Assembly (NCBI GenBank): GCA_035290865.1
Contig: DATDTM010000012.1
Location: 11,134 to 75,133 of the forward strand
Direction of reading: 5' to 3'
DNA length: 64,000 bases
Source of the DNA: Candidatus Nanoarchaeia archaeon
Lineage (GTDB): Archaea; Nanobdellota; Nanobdellia; Woesearchaeales; GW2011-AR9
Shown here: positions 48,439-58,930 of the stretch, one piece after another
Numbering within the stretch: the first letter of the stretch is position 1
Layout of the letters: each line of letters opens with the position of its first letter
The notes under the pieces: generated by a model
What the model saw: the letters and a program-made list of their open reading frames with translations, nothing else
Databases searched by the model: none
What the model was told of the DNA's origin: nothing
Translations under genes and position numbers: made by a program

Positions 48439-48862
48439 TTGTTATTTAATAGATAGTAATATCTTAGTTTATGCTTATGACCGCACTGATACTAAGAAGA
48501 ATGCCCTTGCCGTAAAGATATTAGAACAGTGTTGGAAAAGAGAAACGGTTTATGCTATTTCGGTACAGAATTTAGCAGAATTCTTCGTGATTATTACTAA
48601 AAAAGTACCTTCTCCCTTACCTGTAGAAAAAGCAGAGGAGATTATCTCAGACATCTGTTCTTTTTCCGGATGGAGGATTCTTAGTTATAATCCAGAAACA
48701 CTTATACTGGCGATACAATTATACCAAAAGCACAAAAAACATTTTTGGGATGCAATCTTGGTAGCCACTATGCTTCAATCGGGAATAACCCAGATTTATT
48801 CGGAAAATGAATCAGATTTAAAAGTTTTTGATAAGGTTGTAGTTAAGAATCCTTTTTTGTGA
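48422..48862 (+). CDS. PIN domain (VapC) toxin
   Basis: IDSNILVYA, QNLAEF, FWDA, SEN..D, NPF. Confidence 0.92.
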   Translation: MNEPIDCYLIDSNILVYAYDRTDTKKNALAVKILEQCWKRETVYAISVQNLAEFFVIITKKVPSPLPVEKAEEIISDICSFSGWRILSYNPETLILAIQLYQKHKKHFWDAILVATMLQSGITQIYSENESDLKVFDKVVVKNPFL

Positions 48863-48881
48863 TGATTCCTGTTTTTTGAAG

Positions 48882-49403
48882 TTATCTCTTCTTCTCTTCC
48901 CAATCCAAGAAAGTTTCTTTTTTACGATTAATAAAAAATAAAGTTACAAAGAAAGTAATCACTAAAATCACAAACCCAATCTTGCTCTTGCTCTGGAAAT
49001 AGACTAAAGTAGCGATAAAAGTGGTTACGATACTGCCCATGAACAAGCCCATGATAATGCTCTCTTGGAACTTCACGAATAAAGCCAATATTAAAATGAT
49101 TAAGTTAAAGATAATCATAAACATATATTTCTGCCCTTCATAAGCATTCTTTTCCTCTTCCCAACCTTTTTGATCGTTCCAATACTCTTCCTGACATTTC
49201 TGCTGTTTGTCAGAGATGGCTAAAGATTGCGCTTCAGTAACTTTTTCAGTAGCTGGATAAGGATATTTGCTATAACAATCCGGACCCTGATAATAAGAAT
49301 CTGTGCCGGTATATTTAGGAAAGAAAACATTCGCTCCCAAGAAGACCATGGGGACGTATAATAATACGATAATCAGAACGTAAAGTAATTTAGTCCAATT
49401 CAT
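48882..49403 (-). CDS. membrane protein, hypothetical
   Basis: four TM segments with an extracellular Cys pair. Confidence 0.75.
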   Translation of the reverse strand: MNWTKLLYVLIIVLLYVPMVFLGANVFFPKYTGTDSYYQGPDCYSKYPYPATEKVTEAQSLAISDKQQKCQEEYWNDQKGWEEEKNAYEGQKYMFMIIFNLIILILALFVKFQESIIMGLFMGSIVTTFIATLVYFQSKSKIGFVILVITFFVTLFFINRKKETFLDWEEKKR

Positions 49404-49541
49404 TAAGTAAGAAGAATAATTTAGAAGTATTTAATGGTTGCGATTAGGTGACTTTAATTAAGTCTTAAGTATCTAAAATCTCTCCCGCCTCTGCAATGTT
49501 TCATCGTTTACCTTTTGCATAAAACGAACTATTGGGCCTAA

Positions 49542-49590
49542 GTGAGAGTGACCTCCTCCCCGCACTAAAGTGCGGAGATTTCTGGCTCAC
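49542..49590. repeat. isolated IS200/IS605-end-like hairpin
   Basis: CCGCAC-TAAA-GTGCGG inside GTGAG...CTCAC; same TAAA-loop style as family A. Confidence 0.55.
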
Positions 49591-49612
49591 TTTGTTAAAA
49601 AATCTGTATTCA

Positions 49613-50734
49613 TCACTCTTTAATTATTTTACCTGGACCTGCATCATAAGGAAAAGGCACATAAGCCTTACAAAGCGGAGCTGGATGTTCACTCTCACAA
49701 TCATTGCTGGTGACTTCAGCCACTTCTTCCTCATCTATCTTGTTATTATCATTCTTATCAAATGACATTTTTAATGTATATTTGACTTGACTGCCATCTC
49801 GCCAGGTAATACTGGGGGAAAATTGTTTCCATTCAATCATCTCCTCAAAATTGCCGTCGCCATCTTTGTCATGTTTTCTGATAATAAACCCTTCTCTAGA
49901 ACAAGTGGTTACATCATCGATTTTGCCATCCCTATTCAAATCATAAGACAATTTAATTAATTGATATTCATCATTATAATAACTACTTGCGGAAGTTACG
50001 GCATCTGCATCACCAAAAACATCAGAACAATTGTAATAGAGGTAATCTAACGATCCGTCCTCCCCGCCAGGCAGCATCGTTCTAATAAATGTTAAACTAT
50101 CTTTTCTAGTAAATTCTTTATTCTCTATCGGATAACCACTTCCAGCCACAAAAGAAATCCGGACAAGAGGTACATCCTGTCCTTCTCGAAGAGGAGGCAC
50201 GTACAATCTCTTCAATTTATCTACATAAAATTCCTCTTTATAAACCACAGCCACCTCATTCACAACTAATTCATCTATGCCCGGACCAGGATTTCTTGTA
50301 GTTAAGTACTCCAAAGTGTATTCATCGACAGTCGGGCCTGAATCATGATATATTGTAGTTTGGTACCGCCCAAGAATCCTTTCTTGATCGTAATGCATGG
50401 GAGTAATCTTAGGGTCAAATATCTTTGGATTATATGGGCGACCAATCCACCGGGTTTTTGTCGGAAGAATGCCCCAAATGACATCGGATTTACCATCGCC
50501 ATCTAAGTCATACGAGTTTCCAGTTAAATATCCATTATCATCTTTTATCTCTGTCCAAAGATTTCTTGCTTTCTCACTTGAATCTTGACTTTGAGGCGAT
50601 TCAACTGCTGGTTTTTGAGAATAAAATGATGGATTAATTTTACATGCTAATGGAGATAAACCAAGTCCCAAAACTAATGCTGCAAGACCTGTAAATCTTC
50701 TTACTGTTCGTAATAAATTGTGAATATATTTCAT
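49613..50734 (-). CDS. putative lipoprotein with DxDxDG Ca-binding motifs
   Basis: signal ending PLAC; DLDGDG, DLNRDG, DKDGDG, DKNDNN; start reassigned to ATG 50734. Confidence 0.7.
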   Translation of the reverse strand: MKYIHNLLRTVRRFTGLAALVLGLGLSPLACKINPSFYSQKPAVESPQSQDSSEKARNLWTEIKDDNGYLTGNSYDLDGDGKSDVIWGILPTKTRWIGRPYNPKIFDPKITPMHYDQERILGRYQTTIYHDSGPTVDEYTLEYLTTRNPGPGIDELVVNEVAVVYKEEFYVDKLKRLYVPPLREGQDVPLVRISFVAGSGYPIENKEFTRKDSLTFIRTMLPGGEDGSLDYLYYNCSDVFGDADAVTSASSYYNDEYQLIKLSYDLNRDGKIDDVTTCSREGFIIRKHDKDGDGNFEEMIEWKQFSPSITWRDGSQVKYTLKMSFDKNDNNKIDEEEVAEVTSNDCESEHPAPLCKAYVPFPYDAGPGKIIKE

Positions 50735-50799
50735 TTTTGTATTTGTGCCCCCCTTTGAGAGTATAGTTACTACTTTCCCATCCCCCACCAAATTGTTAT

Positions 50800-50970
50800 T
50801 GGTAAGTAACAAGTATATTAAACTTCCGTTAGGAATTCCATTCAAAATAAGAAAAACAAAAAATGAATTTGAAAAGATAGTTACGTTATCAAAAGAACAA
50901 GAAAAGATAATGAAAGCTGTTGATAAGAATATTCTGAAACTCAATGTATAAAAATTAGGAGAAATTCAGG
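50800..50970 (+). mobile_element. remnant of an IS1634/IS4-like transposase 3' end
   Basis: ...TLSKEQEKIMKAV...stop followed by GGAGAAATTCAGG, resembling an IS1634-type right end. Confidence 0.4.
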
Positions 50971-50973
50971 TAA

Positions 50974-52224
50974 TTATTTCTTTGCTTTTCGATATGCTTC
51001 CATAGCCTTTGCTCCTTCACCAACACTGTTCCAAACATCTCCAAGTAATTTCCATTCACCAATCTTTTCAAAAATATTGGCAGCTTTACCATATTGATCA
51101 CTCCTCTCATACCAGATACCAAGCTGTCGCTGAACATCATGCTCATTTAAACCAGTTTTTTGGAGAGTTTTAAGACATAACCTCAACTTACCGTTAGAAA
51201 AATAACTTTGTGCTAACTTCAGTTCTAATTCTTTTGCCTTATCTTTTTGACCTATTCTATTTAATATCTCTATTATTTTCAGGTAAGTCTTATACTCTAA
51301 TCCGCCTCTTTTTTCAAGCTCTAATCCTAGTTCTAAAGCTACCTCTAACTTTCCAGCTTTTTCAAATGCATTTATAGCTTTTAATTTACAATCATAGTAA
51401 TTTCCGCGGTCATACTCGTGATATTTAGAATAATTATATGGACTCTTCCACCAGTTAGCTACTCTTTCCCAACAAGGTCCCGCTCTTTCCCAATCACCTA
51501 CTTTTTCAAAAGCTTCTGCAAGATGTTCTTTCTTCCCAATACCAACAATCAAACTCATTAATATACTCACTATTCCTTCGTAAGTTTCTTTTGGTAAACT
51601 CTTTTTATGTTTCACAAAACCGATTAAGTAATTAAATTGTGCTTCTGGTTGCAAACACCGCAATTTTGCATGTATTTCTTCCAAATTATCCCCATATATT
51701 TGATCAAATTCTTCACTTAATTTCTTTGCTCCATTCAAATCAGTAGAGAGTGCAGCAATCCACTTTTCGGTATTTTCTGCTAATTTTGCTAATTCCATTA
51801 AGCATTGGTGGGCTTGTTCTAGCTCTTTAGATTTAATCGCAGCTTGGAGCTGAACCAGCAAGTCGCGAAGGCGACCCTCATACATAGAAGAACTATTAAC
51901 CAAATCAGCAGCTTCTAAATGTAAACGGCGGATTAATTCTTCAACTTCAGTAATCGTTCCAGAAACTTTAATTTTATCTTTCGCCTTAGACAAAATGCTC
52001 TCTACATTATGTTCATAACGATTAAATCTTCGTTCAGCTTTTCCAATATAACGGACATCTCGTAGCAGAAATCTTAACCCCTTCAAATCTGCATTACTTT
52101 TGGCTCTTTCTATATCTGTTTTTAACTTGAAAATATCTTTTTTTAACTCTAAGAAATAATTATGTTCGGTAGCTAACCAAGCTACGGCTTTACTAATCAC
52201 CTTTTGAAGCTCTTTTTTGTCCAT
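50974..52224 (-). CDS. N-terminal coiled-coil family protein with C-terminal TPR/alpha-solenoid repeats
   Basis: repeats AFEKVGDW, AFEKAGKL, IFEKIGEW; N-terminus resembles 745 and 53561. Confidence 0.75.
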   Translation of the reverse strand: MDKKELQKVISKAVAWLATEHNYFLELKKDIFKLKTDIERAKSNADLKGLRFLLRDVRYIGKAERRFNRYEHNVESILSKAKDKIKVSGTITEVEELIRRLHLEAADLVNSSSMYEGRLRDLLVQLQAAIKSKELEQAHQCLMELAKLAENTEKWIAALSTDLNGAKKLSEEFDQIYGDNLEEIHAKLRCLQPEAQFNYLIGFVKHKKSLPKETYEGIVSILMSLIVGIGKKEHLAEAFEKVGDWERAGPCWERVANWWKSPYNYSKYHEYDRGNYYDCKLKAINAFEKAGKLEVALELGLELEKRGGLEYKTYLKIIEILNRIGQKDKAKELELKLAQSYFSNGKLRLCLKTLQKTGLNEHDVQRQLGIWYERSDQYGKAANIFEKIGEWKLLGDVWNSVGEGAKAMEAYRKAKK

Positions 52225-52302
52225 TTATAATCTTAAACAGAAATATAATTCTCTTAGTTATAAACTTACCTTACCCCTCTCCGCTAGTAAAAGAAGAAAA
52301 AT

Positions 52303-52919
52303 GTCAGTTCGGACGCTGTTGCAAGACCACCACAAATGCTTTTTTTCTCCTCTTCTCGGAATAATTTGCTTAGAAAAAATAAGTGTTTCTCTTTCTCAGT
52401 AGCTTAACACGTTTGTTTTTCCTCACTTTTTCTCTTCTTTTTTAGTCAAAAAAGAGAGCTCACGCTGGTTAGGATGCTACCACTACCCATTTCTTACAGT
52501 TTGTATACTCGATGACATAAATAATTATAGGGGACTTTGAATAACCTCCTACGGACAACACAATTGAGCCTATTCTAAGTCCTCTAAGACTATTTTGAAT
52601 ATATCAAATGCGAAGTGGTATTTGAGACTATGAGACCATGTCGAATATAGGTTTTTCAAAATCGTCTATACAGAATAATATGTCATCTCGTAATATACCG
52701 AAGGACATATAGCAAAGCGTTTGCTATATGTCCTTCGTACACAAAGTGAAAAAATTATTTCACTTGTGCACAGATGAAGTAGTTTCTTCATCTAGTATAT
52801 AGTGTCGAAGAATTATTGTTCAATATTTATGTTCGCTACTATATGTCGTCGAAAGAGGAAAAAGATACACAATACAAAAGCGGAAAACACTGTGACCATA
52901 CAGCCACCGCCCACCCGAC
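52303..52919 (-). ncRNA. candidate large structured non-coding RNA (interrupted by a MITE)
   Basis: at least seven hairpins enclosed by long 5'/3' pairing with minus-strand G-U pairs; U-tract after the 3' end; no convincing ORF. Confidence 0.55.
52526..52670. mobile_element. TATAG-ended MITE doublet, copy 3
   Basis: inverted relative of 48028-48124; sits in the loop of a GATGACATA/TATGTCATC stem. Confidence 0.72.
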
Positions 52920-52987
52920 TAAGCTTTATAGTTTCTCTTACAGCCTGTCAACTTTATGTAAAGAAGAGATAATGAGTTGGTTTAATA

Positions 52988-53527
52988 TTATCGCCTTAAT
53001 CGAGAAATTATTATTCCATTAATTGATTCCATCTTTTCTTGTTTCTGATGCAATTGTGCTTGTTCCCCTACGGAGAAAACGCCAGCTGTACCGCTTTTCC
53101 CAAGACTCATTAAATCTTTAAGGAGAGAGACAATATCTCTTAAAACCGTGGGATGGAGATTATCCCAAGATTTTCTCCAGGGAACATCGGTGCGCACCCT
53201 TTTTATAATCCATTCCAAGAAAGCGGTATAATCCAAATATTTTTTGGTTATTATTTTCTCCAAATCCTCCATGCGGCTTAAGCAATTCTTCCGAAGTTCT
53301 AAATCTGCCTGCTTTTTAACACCATATCTCAATATGATCATCATCTTTTGGGCACTTTTCCATGAATTTTTTATCGCGTCTAATGTCACTCTAGCTTGGG
53401 CTTTCTCGTTTTCTAATCGCTTATTTTTAGCTATACTATTGGTTAATACCAGCGATCCAGGAAGAGCTTTTTCTATTTCTGCATAAAAAATATCTGCTGC
53501 GACACAAAATTTCTGAATTACATCCAT
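52988..53527 (-). CDS. hypothetical helical protein
   Basis: SD GGAGGT before ATG 53527; co-oriented directly after the 53561 gene. Confidence 0.7.
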   Translation of the reverse strand: MDVIQKFCVAADIFYAEIEKALPGSLVLTNSIAKNKRLENEKAQARVTLDAIKNSWKSAQKMMIILRYGVKKQADLELRKNCLSRMEDLEKIITKKYLDYTAFLEWIIKRVRTDVPWRKSWDNLHPTVLRDIVSLLKDLMSLGKSGTAGVFSVGEQAQLHQKQEKMESINGIIISRLRR

Positions 53528-53560
53528 TTTAATAACCTCCACTCACTGATTTTAATAGTT

Positions 53561-54856
53561 TCAACCAATTCCCGCAAACTTTAAAGTCCTTCGTGATACT
53601 TCTTTCTGCACAAAATTACCATACGCCTCGAATTCTCCCCGAGCCAAGAGTTCACTGGCCTCTTCTCTGGGATAAAACTTTTTCCAAAGGGCAATCAGTT
53701 CCCCCCATATCGCTTTTTCTCTTCCCCGAGCAATAAGGGGAACGCTTTCTTTACTCACGGAAGCATACTTTTCCATCACTTTGAAAAAATGTTGATATTC
53801 ATCGTTACAAAGATTGGCTACGGCACTAACTTTATATCCAATACCACTTGTTAATCCCCATTTTGAGCTGTAAGTACAAAGATAAGATATAACACTTCTA
53901 AGAATATTTTCCTTGTTTTTTGGGAGAACAAAATCTTTTTTGTCCCAAAATGAGAAGCCAGTAAAATCCTCATACTGACCATGAGATGCATAATTATACG
54001 TGGCATTGATAATATCATACAATAAATGCCCAATCATTAGGTTCGCTACCAATAATTTCCCGTCCAAGAGCCCACAACCGTGAATGCGAGATTCAATAAT
54101 ATGCTTAGCGATGTAATCTCCCCCGCCGATGGCTTGATGCTTGGAAAGCTGTATATCTGAAAAAATGCCCTGAGAATCAATCCATGATTTTTTCTCATAA
54201 AAAACAGTATTAGCCATACTTGCCAAGAACTGGGCAACCTCCAAATCTATTTTAAAACTCTCGGCATTCATCCCCTCCCGATATAAGAGAGTAGTTCCCT
54301 CTTTAACATCTTCCCTTTTCTTTTCGTCCCATAATTTTCCTAAATCTGTGATCAAGATTAAGAGGGCTTTAAGGTGAGAAAGAGTTTCTTTTACTACCGC
54401 GTTTATTTCTTCCCAATTTATGGGTTTCTTAGACAATAGCTTATGCAATTCCCCATTCCAGGATAATTTATTAATTAAATCTTTTTTGTATAAATCCGTT
54501 TCTGCCCGATGTTTTCTAAGAGTCGCTAGTTCTTCGGTTCTCCCCAACGCCGTTTCTAATTCGATATAATGGTCTAAAGCATCAATGAGCCTGCCGCAAA
54601 AGCGGTCCATTCTCTTTTCTATTCTACTTACAGTTTTTGCTTCATGCCCGGCTTCTTTAAGAAAATGTTTTTCTGCATGGATAATAGCTGCATCATATTT
54701 GCCTGCACTTATTTTTAATTCTAATCTTAGAATGTTGCCAAGGTCTTCAGCCAGTTCTGTAACCTCTGTATCCTCTTTTATAATCCAATTCTGAGATCGT
54801 TTGGTTTGCTTAATTAATTTTCCTAAAGCTTCTTTCAACTCTTTCTCTCGCATCAT
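53561..54856 (-). CDS. N-terminal coiled-coil family protein with unknown C-terminal domain
   Basis: SRIEKRMD and GELHKLL..PINW shared with the 745 ORF. Confidence 0.75.
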   Translation of the reverse strand: MMREKELKEALGKLIKQTKRSQNWIIKEDTEVTELAEDLGNILRLELKISAGKYDAAIIHAEKHFLKEAGHEAKTVSRIEKRMDRFCGRLIDALDHYIELETALGRTEELATLRKHRAETDLYKKDLINKLSWNGELHKLLSKKPINWEEINAVVKETLSHLKALLILITDLGKLWDEKKREDVKEGTTLLYREGMNAESFKIDLEVAQFLASMANTVFYEKKSWIDSQGIFSDIQLSKHQAIGGGDYIAKHIIESRIHGCGLLDGKLLVANLMIGHLLYDIINATYNYASHGQYEDFTGFSFWDKKDFVLPKNKENILRSVISYLCTYSSKWGLTSGIGYKVSAVANLCNDEYQHFFKVMEKYASVSKESVPLIARGREKAIWGELIALWKKFYPREEASELLARGEFEAYGNFVQKEVSRRTLKFAGIG

Positions 54857-54901
54857 TTTTATATCGGAAGGGCAAATAGTTTTTAAATTTATGGGTAATA
54901 A

Positions 54902-55021
54902 GTATGTATTAAGTTTCTTTGAGGCAGGGGTTTAAAATTGAGCGAATAGAATCTGCCTTCTGACTGACTGTTTAAATCGGGCAGACCTATTCCGCCTCCC
55001 TGTCCCCGACTTAATACATAC
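54902..55021. repeat. 120-bp long hairpin / MITE-like element
   Basis: 13-bp TIR GTATGTATTAAGT / ACTTAATACATAC with nested inner stems. Confidence 0.55.
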
Positions 55022-55137
55022 ACTATTTCATAACACTTTTAATTTTACGTGCAAGAAATTCCATGTGCTCCTTAGGATGCACTAGAAGCATAGCCATACT
55101 TTAGATACAATGACAAAAATGAAAATAATAATACGGT

Positions 55138-57435
55138 TTATCCCACATAATCAATCTTCTTTTCTTTGATCTGTTTAGCCCGGGCTTTGCCGAAATAATC
55201 TTCCAATTGCTGGTAAGCTTCTTCAATTTCTTTATCCACAGAAGGTTTGACCACTTCTAAAGCTTTCAGGAAATGTTCCATTTTCACTTCTTTAGATTTA
55301 ATATCTTCCCGCAAAGAGATCATCGCTGCTTCTCGACAAACTCCTTCAATATCCGCACCCACATAACCTTTGGTTTTCTCAGCAAGTTTTTCAGCGTTAA
55401 TTCCTTTAGCTAGAGGCATACGTTTCAGATAGATCTCAAAAATCTTTTTCCTTCCCGCTTCTTCAGGAACCGGAGTAAAGATGATCCGATCAAATCTTCC
55501 CTGACGCAATAAAGCCGGGTCAACAATATCCGGACGGTTAGTTGCTCCGATTACTACCACATCATTAAGGCTTTCCAATCCGTCCATCTCCGTTAACATC
55601 TGGTTGACGATTTTCTCGTTGACTCGATGCCCCTCATCGCCAGAACCGCTTCTGCGCGGAACTAAAGCATCAATCTCATCAAAGAATAATATGGTTGGTG
55701 AAGTTTGTCTCGCTTTTCTAAATATCTCTCGAACAGCTTTTTCTGATTCGCCCACCCATTTAGATAATAAACTTGGACCGTTAACTAAGATAAAATTAGC
55801 TTCACTTTCTTTAGCTACTGCTTTAGCCAGCATGGTTTTACCAGTACCTGGCGGGCCATAAAGTAAAATACCGCGCGGAGGACGGATACCCATACGCTTG
55901 AACACTTCCGGTTGTTTCAAGGGCCATTCTACTGCCTCTTTTAATTTGTTCTTAATTTCTTCAAGACCGCCAATATCTTCCCAGGTGACATCCGGAATTT
56001 CTACCATTACTTCCCGCATGGCTGAAGGACGCACAATCTTCAATGATTCCTGGAAATCTTGTTGGGTAAGCATTAATTTTTCTAAAATTTCTTTTGGAAT
56101 AGCTTGACCATCCTCAATTCCTTCTTTCTTCAAATCTGGAAGAACTCTTCTTAATACAATCATGGCTGCCTCTTTGGCTAGAGCGTTCAAGTCTGCACCC
56201 ACAAATCCATGGGTTACCCGAGCAATTTCTTTAAGAACAACATTCTTTGATAGTGGCATATTTCTAGTATGAATCTTTAAAATTTCCAACCGGCCTTCTT
56301 TCCCAGGCACGCCAATCTCAATTTCCCGATCGAATCTTCCCGGCCTTCTCAAAGCAGAATCTAATACCTGGGGCATATTGGTAGCTGCAATGACAATCAC
56401 TTTACCTCTGGATTTCATTCCATCCATTAGTCCTAATAGCTGAGCTACTACTCTTTTTTCTACATCTCCCCGCGTCTCTTCCCGCTTGGTGGCGATGGCA
56501 TCAATCTCATCAAAGAAAATTATAGAAGGTGCATTCTGTTCTGCTTCTTCGAACTTTTTTCTTAAGTTCGCTTCCGATTCTCCATAAAACTTGGACATAA
56601 CTTCCGGTCCATTAATCAGAATGAAATGGGAATTTGTTTCTGAAGCTACTGCCTTGGCTAATAAAGTTTTTCCTGTACCTGGCGGACCATGCAATAAAAC
56701 TCCCTTGGGAGGTTCGATACCTAACTTTTCAAAGATTTCCGGATGTTTTAAAGGTAATTCAATCATCTCCCGGACTTTTTTGATCTCATCTCCTAATCCC
56801 CCGATATCTTCATAATTTATCCCTAAACTTAATCCTTCCTCTTCTTTAAGCTCTATCGCTTGAGGATTGAATTCCACTTCAGTTTCTGGAGTGACTACTA
56901 CTATCTCTTTCTTAGGAATTGTATCTACTACCATAAATTTCAGATCACCAAAACCGAACCCAGCAAACTGCGCTTCCATTGCCGAGAAAATACTTTCCAT
57001 ACTATTCCCGCTGACATTTACTCTTCTTCTCGACCCGCTTAAAGAAATAATATCCCCTTTGACTAAAGCCTTGCTCATTAAGCTGCGCTTAAACAATTCC
57101 GGAGAAGCTCTGATCATGACCCCTTTCTGAGCCGGAGCGATAACTACTTTTTTCGCGGGCTTGATTTCCGCTTTCTTGACTATAACCATCTCGCCTATGG
57201 AAGTTTTAGCGTTCCTGCGCAGATTTCCATCCATCCGAATAATATTTAGACCAATATCTCCCGGATAAGCTCGATCCACAATTGCGGCAGTAATTCTTTC
57301 CCCTTTAACTTCTACTATATCCCCAGAATTAACCCCAATCTCTTTCATAAAGCCAGAATCTATTTTAACTATACCTTTATTTACATCATCCTGTACTGCT
57401 TCCATTACTTTAAGTTTAAGTTCTGGCTGAGTCAT
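55138..57435 (-). CDS. cdc48: Cdc48/VCP (VAT) family AAA ATPase
   Basis: N domain plus two AAA modules (GPPGTGKT x2, DEID, RPGRFDR). Confidence 0.97.
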   Translation of the reverse strand: MTQPELKLKVMEAVQDDVNKGIVKIDSGFMKEIGVNSGDIVEVKGERITAAIVDRAYPGDIGLNIIRMDGNLRRNAKTSIGEMVIVKKAEIKPAKKVVIAPAQKGVMIRASPELFKRSLMSKALVKGDIISLSGSRRRVNVSGNSMESIFSAMEAQFAGFGFGDLKFMVVDTIPKKEIVVVTPETEVEFNPQAIELKEEEGLSLGINYEDIGGLGDEIKKVREMIELPLKHPEIFEKLGIEPPKGVLLHGPPGTGKTLLAKAVASETNSHFILINGPEVMSKFYGESEANLRKKFEEAEQNAPSIIFFDEIDAIATKREETRGDVEKRVVAQLLGLMDGMKSRGKVIVIAATNMPQVLDSALRRPGRFDREIEIGVPGKEGRLEILKIHTRNMPLSKNVVLKEIARVTHGFVGADLNALAKEAAMIVLRRVLPDLKKEGIEDGQAIPKEILEKLMLTQQDFQESLKIVRPSAMREVMVEIPDVTWEDIGGLEEIKNKLKEAVEWPLKQPEVFKRMGIRPPRGILLYGPPGTGKTMLAKAVAKESEANFILVNGPSLLSKWVGESEKAVREIFRKARQTSPTILFFDEIDALVPRRSGSGDEGHRVNEKIVNQMLTEMDGLESLNDVVVIGATNRPDIVDPALLRQGRFDRIIFTPVPEEAGRKKIFEIYLKRMPLAKGINAEKLAEKTKGYVGADIEGVCREAAMISLREDIKSKEVKMEHFLKALEVVKPSVDKEIEEAYQQLEDYFGKARAKQIKEKKIDYVG

Positions 57436-57580
57436 CTTTACCTTTTTTAGCTTGCCTTTTATATAAAGATTATGGTTTTAAAAGTATATTACTACTAAAT
57501 AATAGCGAAAATCTTATAAATACTCTTATTAAATAAAGGTATTGAGTTATATAATCCTAAAACTGAATAAAATACCTAAA

Positions 57581-58174
57581 ATGAGATCAACACTTTGTGC
57601 GCTTTTAGCTGGATTAAGTTTAATTCCATCTACAGCTAGTCCTAAAATTCCAGAATCAAGAATGGACCCATTAGTTGTAAAAATAGTGGAATTATTAAAA
57701 GCTGATCCTACTACTTCCCGTAATTTACAAGATAACTGGAAAGCAGATTTTTCCCGCCATTCAACTGATGGTAGAGGAAGTGCTTATTTTCCAGCCAAAA
57801 GCGGAACTTTAATCACTTATTCCCAGCAATTTCGAGAAGGAGATAAAACCATTATAATTGGATATTTTGATAATGATGACAAAAATTTTAAGCATCCTGA
57901 CTTTCAATCTGATGGAATAATCGGACCTGCAGACTCGTTAACAATTAATATAAATTATGATTCCGTCCGGGGGAAAAAACACAGATCCGGTTACGAATTA
58001 AGAGATTATGGATTAGATCGAAAATTGGATGTGTCCCATGGAGATGTACTAGAATTAGGTGTAAGCTCAGATGAAGCCAGTGATTATTTTTATGAAAAAA
58101 GTACAGAAATTGATCAAAAATATACTAATCTTCTAAAAGAAATGGAAAACAGATTAACTAAAAAGAAAGAATAA
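57581..58174 (+). CDS. secreted hypothetical protein
   Basis: signal-peptide-like MRSTLCALLAGLSL. Confidence 0.65.
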   Translation: MRSTLCALLAGLSLIPSTASPKIPESRMDPLVVKIVELLKADPTTSRNLQDNWKADFSRHSTDGRGSAYFPAKSGTLITYSQQFREGDKTIIIGYFDNDDKNFKHPDFQSDGIIGPADSLTININYDSVRGKKHRSGYELRDYGLDRKLDVSHGDVLELGVSSDEASDYFYEKSTEIDQKYTNLLKEMENRLTKKKE

Positions 58175-58196
58175 AAAACACTCTGATCTAAACTAC

Positions 58197-58640
58197 TTAT
58201 TCCTCTTCTTTTTCTTCTTTCTCCTCTTTGGGAGCAGGCCCGGCTTTGACCTTGGGTAAGGGCAAGGGGCTAGGTAAACTTACTTCTTCGCTGATCTTAA
58301 TGGCTTGGATATTGCCTTTATGTAACGCAGCATTGATGACCATCTCCATTACTTCGGGAGGAATTCTTTTGTTTTTGTCCCAACCTTTCTTGATCTCATC
58401 AATTTTCTTTTTATCTTCCACATAAAGAACCTGGCCTTCCACCTCAATCTTGCCGTAATTCGGCTCGTAATTGCAGATAAAGCCAAAAGTAAATTTAAGG
58501 CCTTTCTTACCTTCCATGGCAAAGGTAAAATCCTCTAACTCTTTGATAGAAACATTATTATTAATCTTGATCTGACCACCTTTAGCATCTAAGTCTCTCT
58601 CTGCAATAATCTTATGTAAATTTATTTTCACAATTGTCAT
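58197..58640 (-). CDS. conserved archaeal hypothetical protein (SecB-like fold possible)
   Basis: SD AGGTGG; F...Y.P..G.I..EG and LPSPLPLP motifs. Confidence 0.75.
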   Translation of the reverse strand: MTIVKINLHKIIAERDLDAKGGQIKINNNVSIKELEDFTFAMEGKKGLKFTFGFICNYEPNYGKIEVEGQVLYVEDKKKIDEIKKGWDKNKRIPPEVMEMVINAALHKGNIQAIKISEEVSLPSPLPLPKVKAGPAPKEEKEEKEEE

Positions 58641-58930
58641 TATTAACCACCTTTTTCTGTTTTTACTAAACTTTATTCGTTTTCATCCATTAGCAAGGAT
58701 AGTTATTTATAAATTTTCCGAGATTTTTCTTCTTAGATTTAAGATCACTTCACTTTAAAATCGCATTTCTGCATTTCTGTAGGTGTAAGAAAACTACCGA
58801 TTTTGCAATTTTGTAGTTATGGTTTAAGCTTAGATTATTTGATCCCAGTAATTCCAGTCCAGATTTTTGCATTCATGTAGGTGTAAGTTTTTGGGTTAAG
58901 TTTATATATTTGTTTCAATTTAATCCAAAA

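Noticed and set aside
1287..58425. Many 60-140 aa antisense ORFs in the track
   Set aside because: They lie opposite well-supported genes and show the composition of antisense shadow frames.
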